From a virus (taxonomy: Duplodnaviria > Caudoviricetes), in IMG/VR virus record IMGVR_UViG_3300030107_007272, positions 2,023 to 66,022 of that record: DNA of 64,000 bases; one strand, 5' to 3'. The notes under the pieces are model-generated. The model saw only the letters and a program-made list of their open reading frames with translations, did not search any database and was not told the DNA's origin. A program made the translations under genes and the position numbers. Positions 29,908 through 39,778 of the stretch are shown piece after piece (position 1 is the stretch's first letter; each line of letters starts with the position of its first letter).

Positions 29908-30928
29908 CCTCTAATTGTTTTTCTACTAATTTGTAGTTGTAGATTTCATTTAAAGTTTCCCAGGCGTGATTTAACACCCTAAACCTATATGTCTCGTCTT
30001 TCAAATATTGAACGAATTTTTCTTCCAATAACTTAGGATCGTTATTAGCTGTTTCTGGATAGAGATAAAAGTGAGATTCATTAAGTCCACCTAAATTTAT
30101 TGAACCTACTGCTGCTACTTGAATACCTTGCATACCAGGTTGTGTATATAAAGGATCCATATTGATATGAAAAAGTGAGGGCGACCATAAATTAATAAAA
30201 TCCTTTTGTGATAAATAAGCAAATTTTTGACCTGGTTTCAAAGGTTTATGTTTTAGTGGCAGATTATATTTATTTGACAAGTAACTAGCAAACATATAGG
30301 TTTCACCTGTCCTATGAGTAGAATTTGGTAAATAGGCGTAAATAGATAACTCTTTTTCCTCAGAGTAAAAATTATCATAATAACCATTTATGTTTATAGG
30401 ATGTGAGATATAATAATCAATTTTTTTACCTAACTGTCTCTCTATGTCTTCAATTTGTGGTAACTGTTTCATTATACTATCACCTGGAACAGCGTGTGAT
30501 GCTACCACATCACAATCTTTGAAAAATCTAATTCTATTTCTAACCCTTTGTTCTTGCCTACCCTCACGAAATGGAATTTCTATCTCTTTAAACCAACCGA
30601 CAATTTTTGCATTAGGATATTTATCTCTCAAAACATCAACTTTAAAATCATTATAACTACCTGGATCTAAACCTTTTCTTTCATTTCCATAAAGTATGAT
30701 GTCAAAATCAATGTCTGGTAACTCTGAACCTTTCTTAAACCACTCATCCAAATGTAAATAACAACCACCATCCCATAAAAATGGGTAATTCCAACCACCC
30801 ATAAAAAGCGTAGGATCTACAGAGTGAAAAAAAGAATATGGTTTATCATCTTTGAAAGAATAAGCGGTGCCATTTTTTACATAAAATGACTCTACACCAG
30901 CGACATCCAAAACATAAGCTAGTTTCAT
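29882..30928 (-). CDS. putative glycosyltransferase (paralog of 30932-31972)
   Basis: Shares GWNYPFLW, LY(G/A)NER, WFKE, SLFHINxDP, QPG blocks with its neighbour. Confidence 0.55.
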   Translation of the reverse strand: MKLAYVLDVAGVESFYVKNGTAYSFKDDKPYSFFHSVDPTLFMGGWNYPFLWDGGCYLHLDEWFKKGSELPDIDFDIILYGNERKGLDPGSYNDFKVDVLRDKYPNAKIVGWFKEIEIPFREGRQEQRVRNRIRFFKDCDVVASHAVPGDSIMKQLPQIEDIERQLGKKIDYYISHPININGYYDNFYSEEKELSIYAYLPNSTHRTGETYMFASYLSNKYNLPLKHKPLKPGQKFAYLSQKDFINLWSPSLFHINMDPLYTQPGMQGIQVAAVGSINLGGLNESHFYLYPETANNDPKLLEEKFVQYLKDETYRFRVLNHAWETLNEIYNYKLVEKQLEDVYNDKRC

Positions 30929-30931
30929 TAC

Positions 30932-31972
30932 TTAGCCTTCATATTTATCGAATACATCTAACAACTGCTTTCTAACCACATCATAACTGTAAAGTTCATT
31001 AACTTTATTCCAAGCATATTCTATGGCTCTAAATCTTGAATACTCATCCATTAAATATTCTTTAAATTTTTCCTCTACGACTTTCAAGTCAGTAGTTGCT
31101 GTTTCTGGAAAAAGGTGTTGATGAGACTCGTTCATACCACCTATGTTTAATGAACCAACACAAGCCACTTGTATAGCTTGCTGACCTGGTTGAGTTATGT
31201 GTGGATCTAAATTAATATGGAATAAAGATTGTGACCACGACTCGATAAATTGTTTTTGTGACATATAAGAAAAATCTTGACTTATTTCGAGTGGTTTAAA
31301 CCTAAGAGGTACATTATATTTAGTGGCTAAATATTTAGAAAAATCCCATGTATTGACTCTTCTATATACAGGATTAGTCAAATAGGAATATACTGATAAC
31401 TCTTTTTCATTAGAATAAAACGAATTAAAAAGACCTTCGATGTTTATCGGACAAGATATGAAGTGTTTAATCTCCAAACCCAATTTTTTTTCTATTTGTT
31501 TGATTACTGGTAAATCTTTCATACAAGACAAAGCACCTAGAATCATATTATTACCAAATCCTTTTAACCACTCAATTCTATTTTCCTCTCTTAATCTTTG
31601 TCTTCCAGGTCTTTCTGGTAAATGAACTTCCTTAAACCAAGCAAATATTTTAGCATTTGGGTATCTCTCTTGTAATCTCTCTGTAGTATATAAATGTTTT
31701 GTATCCGGATCTAAACCAACTCTTTCATTAGCATATAATATGTAATCAAAATTTTCATCAGGAAAGTCTTTATCTTGTTTAACCCACTCTGATAAATTTA
31801 AAAAACAACTATCTTCCCAAAGAAAAGGGTAATTCCATCCAGCCATATGTAGACTAGGAGACACAGCATGAATATGTGTATATGGTTTATTCGTTTGATA
31901 ATCATAAGACATACCGTCTTTCATATAAAAAGATATTTGAGCACAGGCATCATAAATAAAACCAAACTTCAA
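30932..31972 (-). CDS. putative glycosyltransferase
   Basis: Start moved to TTG at 31972 (TTGA overlap with upstream stop, GGGG RBS); tandem paralog. Confidence 0.55.
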   Translation of the reverse strand: MKFGFIYDACAQISFYMKDGMSYDYQTNKPYTHIHAVSPSLHMAGWNYPFLWEDSCFLNLSEWVKQDKDFPDENFDYILYANERVGLDPDTKHLYTTERLQERYPNAKIFAWFKEVHLPERPGRQRLREENRIEWLKGFGNNMILGALSCMKDLPVIKQIEKKLGLEIKHFISCPINIEGLFNSFYSNEKELSVYSYLTNPVYRRVNTWDFSKYLATKYNVPLRFKPLEISQDFSYMSQKQFIESWSQSLFHINLDPHITQPGQQAIQVACVGSLNIGGMNESHQHLFPETATTDLKVVEEKFKEYLMDEYSRFRAIEYAWNKVNELYSYDVVRKQLLDVFDKYEG

Positions 31973-32844
31973 TTTATAATCCCCTTGATATATTTCGATA
32001 GTTTTTTCTTTGGTGACCAATCTAATATTTGATTTGCTTTTGAATAATCACATAATGTAACATCATATTCGCCAGGTCTTGCTGGAATGTACTCAACCAC
32101 ATCTTGACCGAACATTTCAGTTACTTCCAAAATTGAATGGTTAACTCCACTACCTAATTCAAATATTTCTCCAGCATATCTCATATCAACAACACCATGC
32201 ATAGCTTCGTGACATTTTACAATCCCATCAACTATATCGTCTATGTGTGTAAAATCTCGCCTTTGTTCTCCATCACCTGTAACTGTAAGTGGTTTACCCT
32301 CACGATATTGTTTTTCAAAAATCCCTATTACAGTAGCATAAGTTCCACTTTCTAACTGATGAGGACCGTATACATTATAAAACCTACAGATTGTTGTTGG
32401 TAAATCATAAACTTTACCGTAAAGTTCACACAATTGTTCCCCACCAAACTTAGACCAAGCATACGGACTACCCCACAATCCGTGATGAAAAGAACTAGAA
32501 CCAGCAAAAACAAGAGGACATTGTTTACCTCTAGCCCACTCTAATATATTAAGTGTGCTATCAAAATTATTTTGAATAGCAGTTACTGGATCTTTGATAG
32601 ACGGTTGTATTCTAGCAAGTGCTGCTAAATGAAATATTGTATCTGGTTTTTCCATAAAAAAATCATAGTCATAAACATGACATAAATCCACATCAAAGTA
32701 TTGAACATTTTTATGTTTTATCTCGTTACTTTTTTTACCAGTTGAATAATTATCTAAACACACGACTTTATGGTCATCAGCCAACAATCTCTTTATTAGG
32801 TTTGTTCCTACGAATCCAACTCCACCTGTAACTATTATTTTCAT
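31969..32844 (-). CDS. NAD-dependent epimerase/dehydratase
   Basis: VTGGVGFVG, FHLAA, PYAWSK, RFYNVYGP, GDGEQRRDF. Confidence 0.9.
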   Translation of the reverse strand: MKIIVTGGVGFVGTNLIKRLLADDHKVVCLDNYSTGKKSNEIKHKNVQYFDVDLCHVYDYDFFMEKPDTIFHLAALARIQPSIKDPVTAIQNNFDSTLNILEWARGKQCPLVFAGSSSFHHGLWGSPYAWSKFGGEQLCELYGKVYDLPTTICRFYNVYGPHQLESGTYATVIGIFEKQYREGKPLTVTGDGEQRRDFTHIDDIVDGIVKCHEAMHGVVDMRYAGEIFELGSGVNHSILEVTEMFGQDVVEYIPARPGEYDVTLCDYSKANQILDWSPKKKLSKYIKGIIN

Positions 32845-33464
32845 TTCAAAATCTCTGAATATTTTTTATTCTGCTCCATTTGTCTATCTATTGTTTTTGG
32901 GTGAATAATAGAATATTTTTGTTCCATTGGTAAGTGAGCATAAGTTTGAAAACCTGTTATCATCTCGTGAACTGGCCTCTCCCAACGAATATTTGGTCTG
33001 TTACGAAAAACACGACCTTGCCAGTCGGGATAATTTACCCAACCTTTTTCATTTACTTGCCAACGCCAATAACGAATATGTTCCTCTGTTAAACCCTCTA
33101 CAGTATTTATTCTAGGCAAGTAAATTAAATCAACTTGATTACCCTCTAATATCTCATGAATATCCTTCATAAACCAGTGAGATATTAATTCATCCGCATC
33201 TAAATTAAAACTGTAATCACCTGAACACATATTTTTTAAGTAGTTCTTTTGTGTGGCAAAATCACCTAAAAGATTTCTTTGCTCAAAAACTATGTTTTGA
33301 GTGGACACATAAAAATCTAAAATTGATTTAGTTTTTTTATTATCGGAGAAGTCGTCAAGTATTACAATTTCATCTTGTGGTTCTTTATATTTAACCAAAC
33401 AATCTAATAGCTTTTCAAGACTATCTGTTTCATTGTGAACTAATATAGAATAACTAATTTTCAT
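32841..33464 (-). CDS. glycosyltransferase family 2
   Basis: HNE, LDDFSD, LDADE, YPDWQGR, PVHE. Confidence 0.85.
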   Translation of the reverse strand: MKISYSILVHNETDSLEKLLDCLVKYKEPQDEIVILDDFSDNKKTKSILDFYVSTQNIVFEQRNLLGDFATQKNYLKNMCSGDYSFNLDADELISHWFMKDIHEILEGNQVDLIYLPRINTVEGLTEEHIRYWRWQVNEKGWVNYPDWQGRVFRNRPNIRWERPVHEMITGFQTYAHLPMEQKYSIIHPKTIDRQMEQNKKYSEILK

Positions 33465-33919
33465 TAAATAAATTCTGAATTTATCTGTGTAACCTTTAAT
33501 GATGACAATTTAGTAAGTTTATATGACCTATATGCTTGCTTAAAATACTTATCAGCTGATATGATGTCACTATAAAATCTATTAGGTGACATAGCACTTC
33601 TTTTCTTTGAATTAGATATTTGAATACGAAAATAATCTTCTTTTAAAGATAGTAGATTTTCAACCTCGTCTATCTCAGTTTTTTTAAAGTCAGTAACTTG
33701 AAATAATTTTTTTAATTTAGTTGGATTAAGATAATTTAAATTTAGTCCATCTAAATTTTTATTTTTTTTATTATTATTTAAAAAAAGAAGTATAGGTCTT
33801 GAATCAGTTACACCTTGCTCTGAATAATTAAATGTAAGTATCATACCAGGTAATAACCTACTAGCAGCAATAGTTTGAATAGATTTAATTATTCTTCTGT
33901 TGTTGTATCTTGTGGCCAA
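33464..33919 (-). CDS. hypothetical, weakly like T4 gp2 DNA end protector
   Basis: PGMILTFNY...D.RP...GLNLNYL pattern. Confidence 0.35.
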   Translation of the reverse strand: MATRYNNRRIIKSIQTIAASRLLPGMILTFNYSEQGVTDSRPILLFLNNNKKNKNLDGLNLNYLNPTKLKKLFQVTDFKKTEIDEVENLLSLKEDYFRIQISNSKKRSAMSPNRFYSDIISADKYFKQAYRSYKLTKLSSLKVTQINSEFI

Positions 33920-34304
33920 TTAACTTCTCCAATTTTTCTACCATTTTAAAAGCATCAGCAAATGATGGTACTTTGACTTCAGTTTTAGGATCAACATGAG
34001 CAAAAATTCTCCATTTTAATTCACCCTCTTCAACCATAGGAACAACATTATAATTTTCTGTTGTAAACACCGATGGTGCCCAATATCTACCCTTATCTGT
34101 TTCGACACATACATCTTTAAAATCTTTAGGAAAGGGTTGTATATGAGTTTTCATATTACTATTTGAAGCATATCCACAGGCTAAACACTGCATATTCTGT
34201 TCGTTATCACCCAATAAAACCATAGACTCCATTATCTCACCACCGACAATAGAACAATCAGAACCATTATTTGGACATTTAACTCTTAATACAAAGTCTT
34301 CCAC
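33885..34304 (-). CDS. hypothetical Cys-containing phage protein
   Basis: CPNNGSDC and CLACG. Confidence 0.6.
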   Translation of the reverse strand: MEDFVLRVKCPNNGSDCSIVGGEIMESMVLLGDNEQNMQCLACGYASNSNMKTHIQPFPKDFKDVCVETDKGRYWAPSVFTTENYNVVPMVEEGELKWRIFAHVDPKTEVKVPSFADAFKMVEKLEKLIGHKIQQQKNN

Positions 34305-35659
34305 TAAGTTACCTTTTTAAGTTTTGGTAATTTTATTTTAGGTGCTGTTGTTTTACTCTCTCCAACTTTTTTTAACTTAGGTAATTTTAAGCTAACTGGT
34401 TTTGGAATTGAATCTAAAGCCCCATCCAAAATTTTATTAAATTCTTTTGCCATAGCATTTAATGAAAACTTTCGTCTATTATTTTTACCCAAACGAGTAG
34501 CTTTCTTTTGTATCAGTTTTCTTTTCTTATGAAAAGTTCTAATCTTTCTAACTACATCACCTTCATTTACATTGAACCACTTTGAAGGCTCTATAAGAAT
34601 CGGTGGCCAAAGAGCAGACTTTGGAACTTCCTTTAAAAAACCAGTCATCAATAATGATTCAGAATCAGTTAAAAAATCAAGATGTCCACTCCAATTTGTA
34701 GCGATAACAGGTAAGTCACAACAACTTGCTTCTAACATTGGTCTTCCAAATCCCTCTCCATGAGTACAGGTAATAAAAGCAGCAATTTTAGGATGATTGT
34801 AAAGAGTTGACATTTCCTCAATTTTAAAATCACCGTGTATCAAATAAACACTTGGTAAATCAACGCCCTTAAACATATCTTTAACTTCTTGTATCTTTTT
34901 CTTTGTTTCATGTTTATCAAGAATACTAAAATTAGCTCCATTGGTCTTTAAAACTAACGCCGGAGGATTTGATATATTCGCAAACGACTTAAAAAATGAT
35001 TTGATTAATACACCTATGTTTTTTCTATCTTCACCAAAACCACCCTTATTCCATTGTCCAACATGAAGATAAGCAAAGTCCTCTTTAATTAGATTATTAA
35101 GTTCTTCATACAGGTCTTTTTCTAATTCGTGTTTTTTCTTAGGATAATAAATATCAGTATCCACTCCTTCAAACAAAACATGAATAGGTTTATCGTTTTT
35201 TACAATACCAACTTTAACCTTTTGTCCATCAGGCCTCTCTTCCATTTTATCATAGGTACATTTTTTAAATGTAGCTGCTGTGAACTTTGAAGGCACTATA
35301 TTTAAACTCATTCTATTCATACCCTCTAAAAACTCTGGCGAAACAACATCAGTTTCAACACCAGCAGTTATACCAATATTTACCTTTGCTCCATTCGCAA
35401 ACTCGTTAGGTATTCTAACATCTATAAGAACATCAGGCTGACCTTGTATTTTATCTTGAGTTGTAAAACAATCTAACAACCTTTTATGTCTCAACACATC
35501 TGGTCTCAAATGATTTCTTGGGGTGCTACCCCATCTAACATCAAGACATTTAATATCTAAATCTTCCCTATGTATAATAGAATAAAATATAGAACGAGCA
35601 TGGTCACCATAACCACTACGAGTGCTAAAAGGTGCAATCATTAATACTGATTTTTTCAT
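34304..35659 (-). CDS. glycosyltransferase family 4
   Basis: TRSGYG, RKNIG, HGEGFGRPMLEA, ATNWSGHLDF. Confidence 0.9.
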   Translation of the reverse strand: MKKSVLMIAPFSTRSGYGDHARSIFYSIIHREDLDIKCLDVRWGSTPRNHLRPDVLRHKRLLDCFTTQDKIQGQPDVLIDVRIPNEFANGAKVNIGITAGVETDVVSPEFLEGMNRMSLNIVPSKFTAATFKKCTYDKMEERPDGQKVKVGIVKNDKPIHVLFEGVDTDIYYPKKKHELEKDLYEELNNLIKEDFAYLHVGQWNKGGFGEDRKNIGVLIKSFFKSFANISNPPALVLKTNGANFSILDKHETKKKIQEVKDMFKGVDLPSVYLIHGDFKIEEMSTLYNHPKIAAFITCTHGEGFGRPMLEASCCDLPVIATNWSGHLDFLTDSESLLMTGFLKEVPKSALWPPILIEPSKWFNVNEGDVVRKIRTFHKKRKLIQKKATRLGKNNRRKFSLNAMAKEFNKILDGALDSIPKPVSLKLPKLKKVGESKTTAPKIKLPKLKKVT

Positions 35660-37014
35660 ACTGCCTCCAAGCTATATCTTTTTTTAGGTATCCAATTTTC
35701 AAAAGCACCATTCATAGACTTAATAAAATTTTGTCCCATAACTTTTGCCGTCAATTGATTTTTTTCACAAAATTCTGTGCCTAACGCACCAAGTCTTTTT
35801 CTTTCACTCCTACCCATATCATATAATTTTCTTAAATGCACAGCAGCATCCTCTGGTTTACATCTATCATCCCAAATATAAGGTGTCGGAATAGAACCTT
35901 GTAAAGATCGATTCGAAGGATAAACTGGAAAAGCCCAATCACCGTGTTCTTTATATACTCCCTCATGATTTGAACCTAACTCTACATAATCTTCGGGTGT
36001 TAAATATTTACCATTTTTCTTAAATCCACATTGGTCTTGTAATCCACCTGTAACATTTACAATAATTGGTGTTCCAACAGTCATCGCCTCACAACTACCT
36101 AAACCAAATCCTTCATTACTAGCTAAATTAATATAAACATCAGCAGAGTTAAATAATGTATTCATTTCTCCATCATTAAAAGCCCTATTATCGGCATCAT
36201 AAGAAAAACAAATATCATAATCAGGTATAAGATGTTTTTTAATTCTAGGTAAATCTGTACCATTTTCATCTTTAGGAGTACAATGAAAAATAAGGACACA
36301 CTCTTTTTGTTGTTCAGTTGTTAATTCATCCATAAAATATTTGTAAGCAAGTAAAACATCACCTGGTTGTTTTCTTCTGATGTTTCTATTACTATAAAGT
36401 ATCTTAAACTTTTTATCGGCCATACCATGTTTAGCATCAAAATCAAAAATTTTAACATCATCATCTTCCATCTTGAAAAACCTTCTAGAAGAAATACCGT
36501 GTGGAACATATGTTATTTGCCAATCTTCATACTTTGGTAATAATCTTTTATTAATACCGTAAGTTTGTTTGGATATTCCCATCAATAAATCAGAACTCTT
36601 GTAGTAGTTTGTATTGTACTGTGGATCTGGTAAATCGTCCCAAATATTGTAATAAAATATTGGCATAGTTTGTCTGATTTCAGCTTCCATATTATAAAAC
36701 CAAATCCAAAAACGAGGATCTGTATAATGAAGAATAGCATCAGGTTTCTCCATTTCAATAACTTCTCTTAATATGTCCTCATTACCATACCCATCAACAG
36801 GAAATATTTTTAGGTAACCATTCTTGATACCAAAATCATCGAGTCCTTGTGACATATCAATAATTTTACCTTTTTCAGGATGATTTATAGCACCACCTAT
36901 CTGAACCCAATCGTATTCATTCAATGTTTCGAATACAATGTCTTTAGATACAGTAGCGACTCCACTATGCATCCTCAAGTCATCTGACATTAGTAATATT
37001 TTTTTCTTAGCCAT
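35656..37014 (-). CDS. glycosyltransferase family 4
   Basis: SDDLRMHSGVA, YVPHGI, NRNIRRK, SNEGFGL..EA, GGLQDQ. Confidence 0.9.
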   Translation of the reverse strand: MAKKKILLMSDDLRMHSGVATVSKDIVFETLNEYDWVQIGGAINHPEKGKIIDMSQGLDDFGIKNGYLKIFPVDGYGNEDILREVIEMEKPDAILHYTDPRFWIWFYNMEAEIRQTMPIFYYNIWDDLPDPQYNTNYYKSSDLLMGISKQTYGINKRLLPKYEDWQITYVPHGISSRRFFKMEDDDVKIFDFDAKHGMADKKFKILYSNRNIRRKQPGDVLLAYKYFMDELTTEQQKECVLIFHCTPKDENGTDLPRIKKHLIPDYDICFSYDADNRAFNDGEMNTLFNSADVYINLASNEGFGLGSCEAMTVGTPIIVNVTGGLQDQCGFKKNGKYLTPEDYVELGSNHEGVYKEHGDWAFPVYPSNRSLQGSIPTPYIWDDRCKPEDAAVHLRKLYDMGRSERKRLGALGTEFCEKNQLTAKVMGQNFIKSMNGAFENWIPKKRYSLEAV

Positions 37015-37249
37015 TTATAAGTTTCCTCGTATCATCTCCACTATAATCTTTTGGAAAATATTTGTTTAAAACACTTAATTTATCATCATATTCTGCTATT
37101 ACTGCCAACTCTTTTTCAATTGTCTCCATTATGTCAGGATGTTCGGCAACACCTACTCTATTTTGTAGTAAGTTTTCAACATTCATACGATGTTTTTCAA
37201 TCTCTCCTTCAAAATTAATCTTACAAGCTCTTATTAGTTCATATCTCAT
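37007..37249 (-). CDS. hypothetical protein of a type seen in marine T4-like phages
   Basis: KHRMNVE...VGVAEHPDIMETIEKEL. Confidence 0.7.
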   Translation of the reverse strand: MRYELIRACKINFEGEIEKHRMNVENLLQNRVGVAEHPDIMETIEKELAVIAEYDDKLSVLNKYFPKDYSGDDTRKLING

Positions 37250-37452
37250 TAAAACTGACTCCCACTCGTGTAAAGTTTATCGTAACTTTCAATTTTTTCT
37301 CTAATAGAGTTGTCGTGGATATATTGATGAACAGACCTATTTACTAGCTTTTGTAAATTCATAGATGTATTAACAGTTTTGAACTTAAATTGTTCATATA
37401 ATGATTTAATTATTTTGACAGAAGTTAATTTTGTTAAATTATCTTTTTTCAT
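37249..37452 (-). CDS. small ribbon-helix-helix-like DNA-binding protein
   Basis: LTSVKI strand followed by two helices (LQKLVNRSVHQY); ATATTTATA motif upstream. Confidence 0.5.
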   Translation of the reverse strand: MKKDNLTKLTSVKIIKSLYEQFKFKTVNTSMNLQKLVNRSVHQYIHDNSIREKIESYDKLYTSGSQF

Positions 37453-37496
37453 AACCTTTTCCTTATTGTTATAACTCGTATATATAAATATATAAT

Positions 37497-37913
37497 TTAA
37501 TCAATAACAATAGTTTTTTTTCCAAACTTTTTAGCATAATTTATTGTTGACATAGAACCTTTAGCAACATCACCTCTTGGTATAAACGCCACAACATATT
37601 CTGAATGGATGGCAATCTGTTTATTACGAGCAAAAAAGTTTTTGACACTATATGGTTTACCATAATTTCTTTCGTGTAATGGACAATAAAGATTGTGTGC
37701 TTTGTGTGCTGGTGGATATTCCTCATATTGTAAACCCAACTCAAGAGCATATTTTTTAGCATAAAAGTCAGCGCCCTTACTCGCACCGCCACTAACTATT
37801 ATTGTATCTAAACCTTTTTCTGTTTTTAACTTAAAGATAAACTCTTTTATCTTCTTTCGGTTTTCGTATATACGACTACCTACAATTCCTACCTTTAAAG
37901 GATTTTCCCCCAT
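37497..37913 (-). CDS. SLOG/DUF2493 (YspA-like) protein
   Basis: IVGSR, IVSGGASKGAD, FARN, SMSTINYA. Confidence 0.8.
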   Translation of the reverse strand: MGENPLKVGIVGSRIYENRKKIKEFIFKLKTEKGLDTIIVSGGASKGADFYAKKYALELGLQYEEYPPAHKAHNLYCPLHERNYGKPYSVKNFFARNKQIAIHSEYVVAFIPRGDVAKGSMSTINYAKKFGKKTIVID

Positions 37914-38758
37914 TTACAATGCTCCGTATCATAAAATTCACAAAACTTACATACCTTACCTGGTTTTGCAGCGTAAGTTCTCTCTAACAAATAGTTTCCA
38001 CTCTTGTCAAATACATCAGTTCTAAACTCTTCAAACTTCTTCATAGTCTTATTAATACTTGGAACTCCGTTTGCTGGCTCAAACTTCTGTAACCTTGTTA
38101 TTGGAAAATCAGGATTTTTTGCTATCTTTCTTTTTAGTATTAAGAAGTAGACATCAATCTTGTCTAAGGAAACATCAAACAATTCAGAGTAAAACTTTTT
38201 GTAAATTAACAACTGAGACTTTTTGTTGAAGTCTTTCTTTTGAAAGTCTGTCCAACCACGAGTAGCAGTTTTTAAGTCAATTATAACAATTCTACCAGAT
38301 ATTTTGTTCCTTAATACGACATCTAAAAAACCCATCATTTGTACACCCTCTTGAACATCTTTTAAAATAGGAAACTCTATACCGACCAATTCCCAATTCT
38401 GTTTCATAAAATATTTATTACGATACTTTCTGAAATGTTCTAATATTGCAACACCATCTTGATAAAACTCCATCATTTCATCTTGGTTACAAGGCAACAC
38501 TTTTTGACTTTCTTTTATCTTTGTAAACTCTGTAACCATTTCTTCTTTCAATCGAGACTCCATATCAAGTTTATCCGCCGCAACAATAGATTTGTTATAC
38601 ATTACCGAAAGATATTCTTGAATTACAGTATGCATCGCTGAACCAAAAAGAGTGTGTATGTTACCAACAAATACTCCTAATTTATCGATATAACGAAGTT
38701 TCCATTTAAGGTTACAATCGTTGTAAGTGCTAAACTGACTATGTGAAATGTGAGCCAT
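37895..38758 (-). CDS. PD-(D/E)XK exonuclease (RecB/Cas4-like)
   Basis: ISHSQ...C, FGSAMH, GFLDV, IIDLKT, QLLIY, CKFCEF...C. Confidence 0.85.
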   Translation of the reverse strand: MAHISHSQFSTYNDCNLKWKLRYIDKLGVFVGNIHTLFGSAMHTVIQEYLSVMYNKSIVAADKLDMESRLKEEMVTEFTKIKESQKVLPCNQDEMMEFYQDGVAILEHFRKYRNKYFMKQNWELVGIEFPILKDVQEGVQMMGFLDVVLRNKISGRIVIIDLKTATRGWTDFQKKDFNKKSQLLIYKKFYSELFDVSLDKIDVYFLILKRKIAKNPDFPITRLQKFEPANGVPSINKTMKKFEEFRTDVFDKSGNYLLERTYAAKPGKVCKFCEFYDTEHCKWGKIL

Positions 38759-39369
38759 TATATTATCTCGTCAATCATCCCATATTTCAAACAAGTTTCA
38801 GCGTCCCACATTAAATCGTGCTTTAGTATTTCATCCAACTTTTTCATAGGTAGTTTTGTGTATTGTTTGTAAATATTTTTTATAGATTTCATCATCAAAT
38901 CAAGGTTTTGTTTTTCATCCTCAAAATTAGAGTATGTACCCCAAAAACCAGTTGACAATTGATGAATTAACATATAAGAGTTTCTACTCATGAACCTTTT
39001 CGTACCAACTACTGTCATAAAAGTAGCAGCACTTGCTGAAAACCCATCTACATAAGTCCACACAGGTACTTTACACCTTATAATTGTATCCATTGAAGCA
39101 ATTCCACTTACAATTGTTCCACCACCAGAGTTTATTAAAAGTTTTATAGGTGGTTTTTCAATATCAAGAGTGTTGGATAAGGTAAGTGCTTTAGTTTCCA
39201 ATTCACTTACTTTTTTGTTCAACTCACTACAAGCATTTCTATTTACACTCGAATAAAAGTAAATTTTATTATCTTGAACTGATATGTGTTTTTCAACGAC
39301 TTCACCAGCAGTTTTCCTAATTGGTTTTACTTTTTTTTCACCCCAATATCTCTCCATCACTTTCCCCAT
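38758..39369 (-). CDS. clpP: ClpP-like protease
   Basis: INSGGG, FSASAAT (Ser), LIHQ (His), AETCLKYGMIDEI. Confidence 0.8.
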   Translation of the reverse strand: MGKVMERYWGEKKVKPIRKTAGEVVEKHISVQDNKIYFYSSVNRNACSELNKKVSELETKALTLSNTLDIEKPPIKLLINSGGGTIVSGIASMDTIIRCKVPVWTYVDGFSASAATFMTVVGTKRFMSRNSYMLIHQLSTGFWGTYSNFEDEKQNLDLMMKSIKNIYKQYTKLPMKKLDEILKHDLMWDAETCLKYGMIDEII

Positions 39370-39770
39370 TTTCCTCTCCCTACAATCGTTGCCATTATTC
39401 CATAGTTAGATACATCAAGATAAGCGTCCTCTAATGGCTCATCTTTAACGGCTGATTTTCTGTTGTTCATTAATAGTGTTTTTACTCGTTGTAATTTATC
39501 ATTCATACGAAACCACAAACCTGTAAGAGATAGTTTTATCTCTTCTGGTGTTTGTAACTGTGTCCCAACTGAGATATTACCTGGACCATAATCGTGTTGT
39601 TTGTGAAGAAATAATTTATATTGTTCCCTTTGAATTTTTTTAAACTCTTTAGTCATTTCTGGCCATTCCCTTTCCATCTGTGAAATAACTGATGAACCAT
39701 TCATTCTTCTTTCTACATCATCAACAGGATCGATAACTTTAATGTCTAACTCTCTTTCTTTTATATTCAT
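39357..39770 (-). CDS. nucleotide modification-associated domain 1 (DUF1599) protein
   Basis: KQHDYG...RMNDKLQR...EDAYLDVSNYGIM. Confidence 0.8.
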   Translation of the reverse strand: MNIKERELDIKVIDPVDDVERRMNGSSVISQMEREWPEMTKEFKKIQREQYKLFLHKQHDYGPGNISVGTQLQTPEEIKLSLTGLWFRMNDKLQRVKTLLMNNRKSAVKDEPLEDAYLDVSNYGIMATIVGRGKWGK

Positions 39771-39778
39771 AACTTTAC

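Noticed and set aside
37895-38758. Cas4 as part of a CRISPR-Cas system
   Set aside because: No other cas genes and no repeat-spacer array seen; solo PD-(D/E)XK nucleases are common in phages
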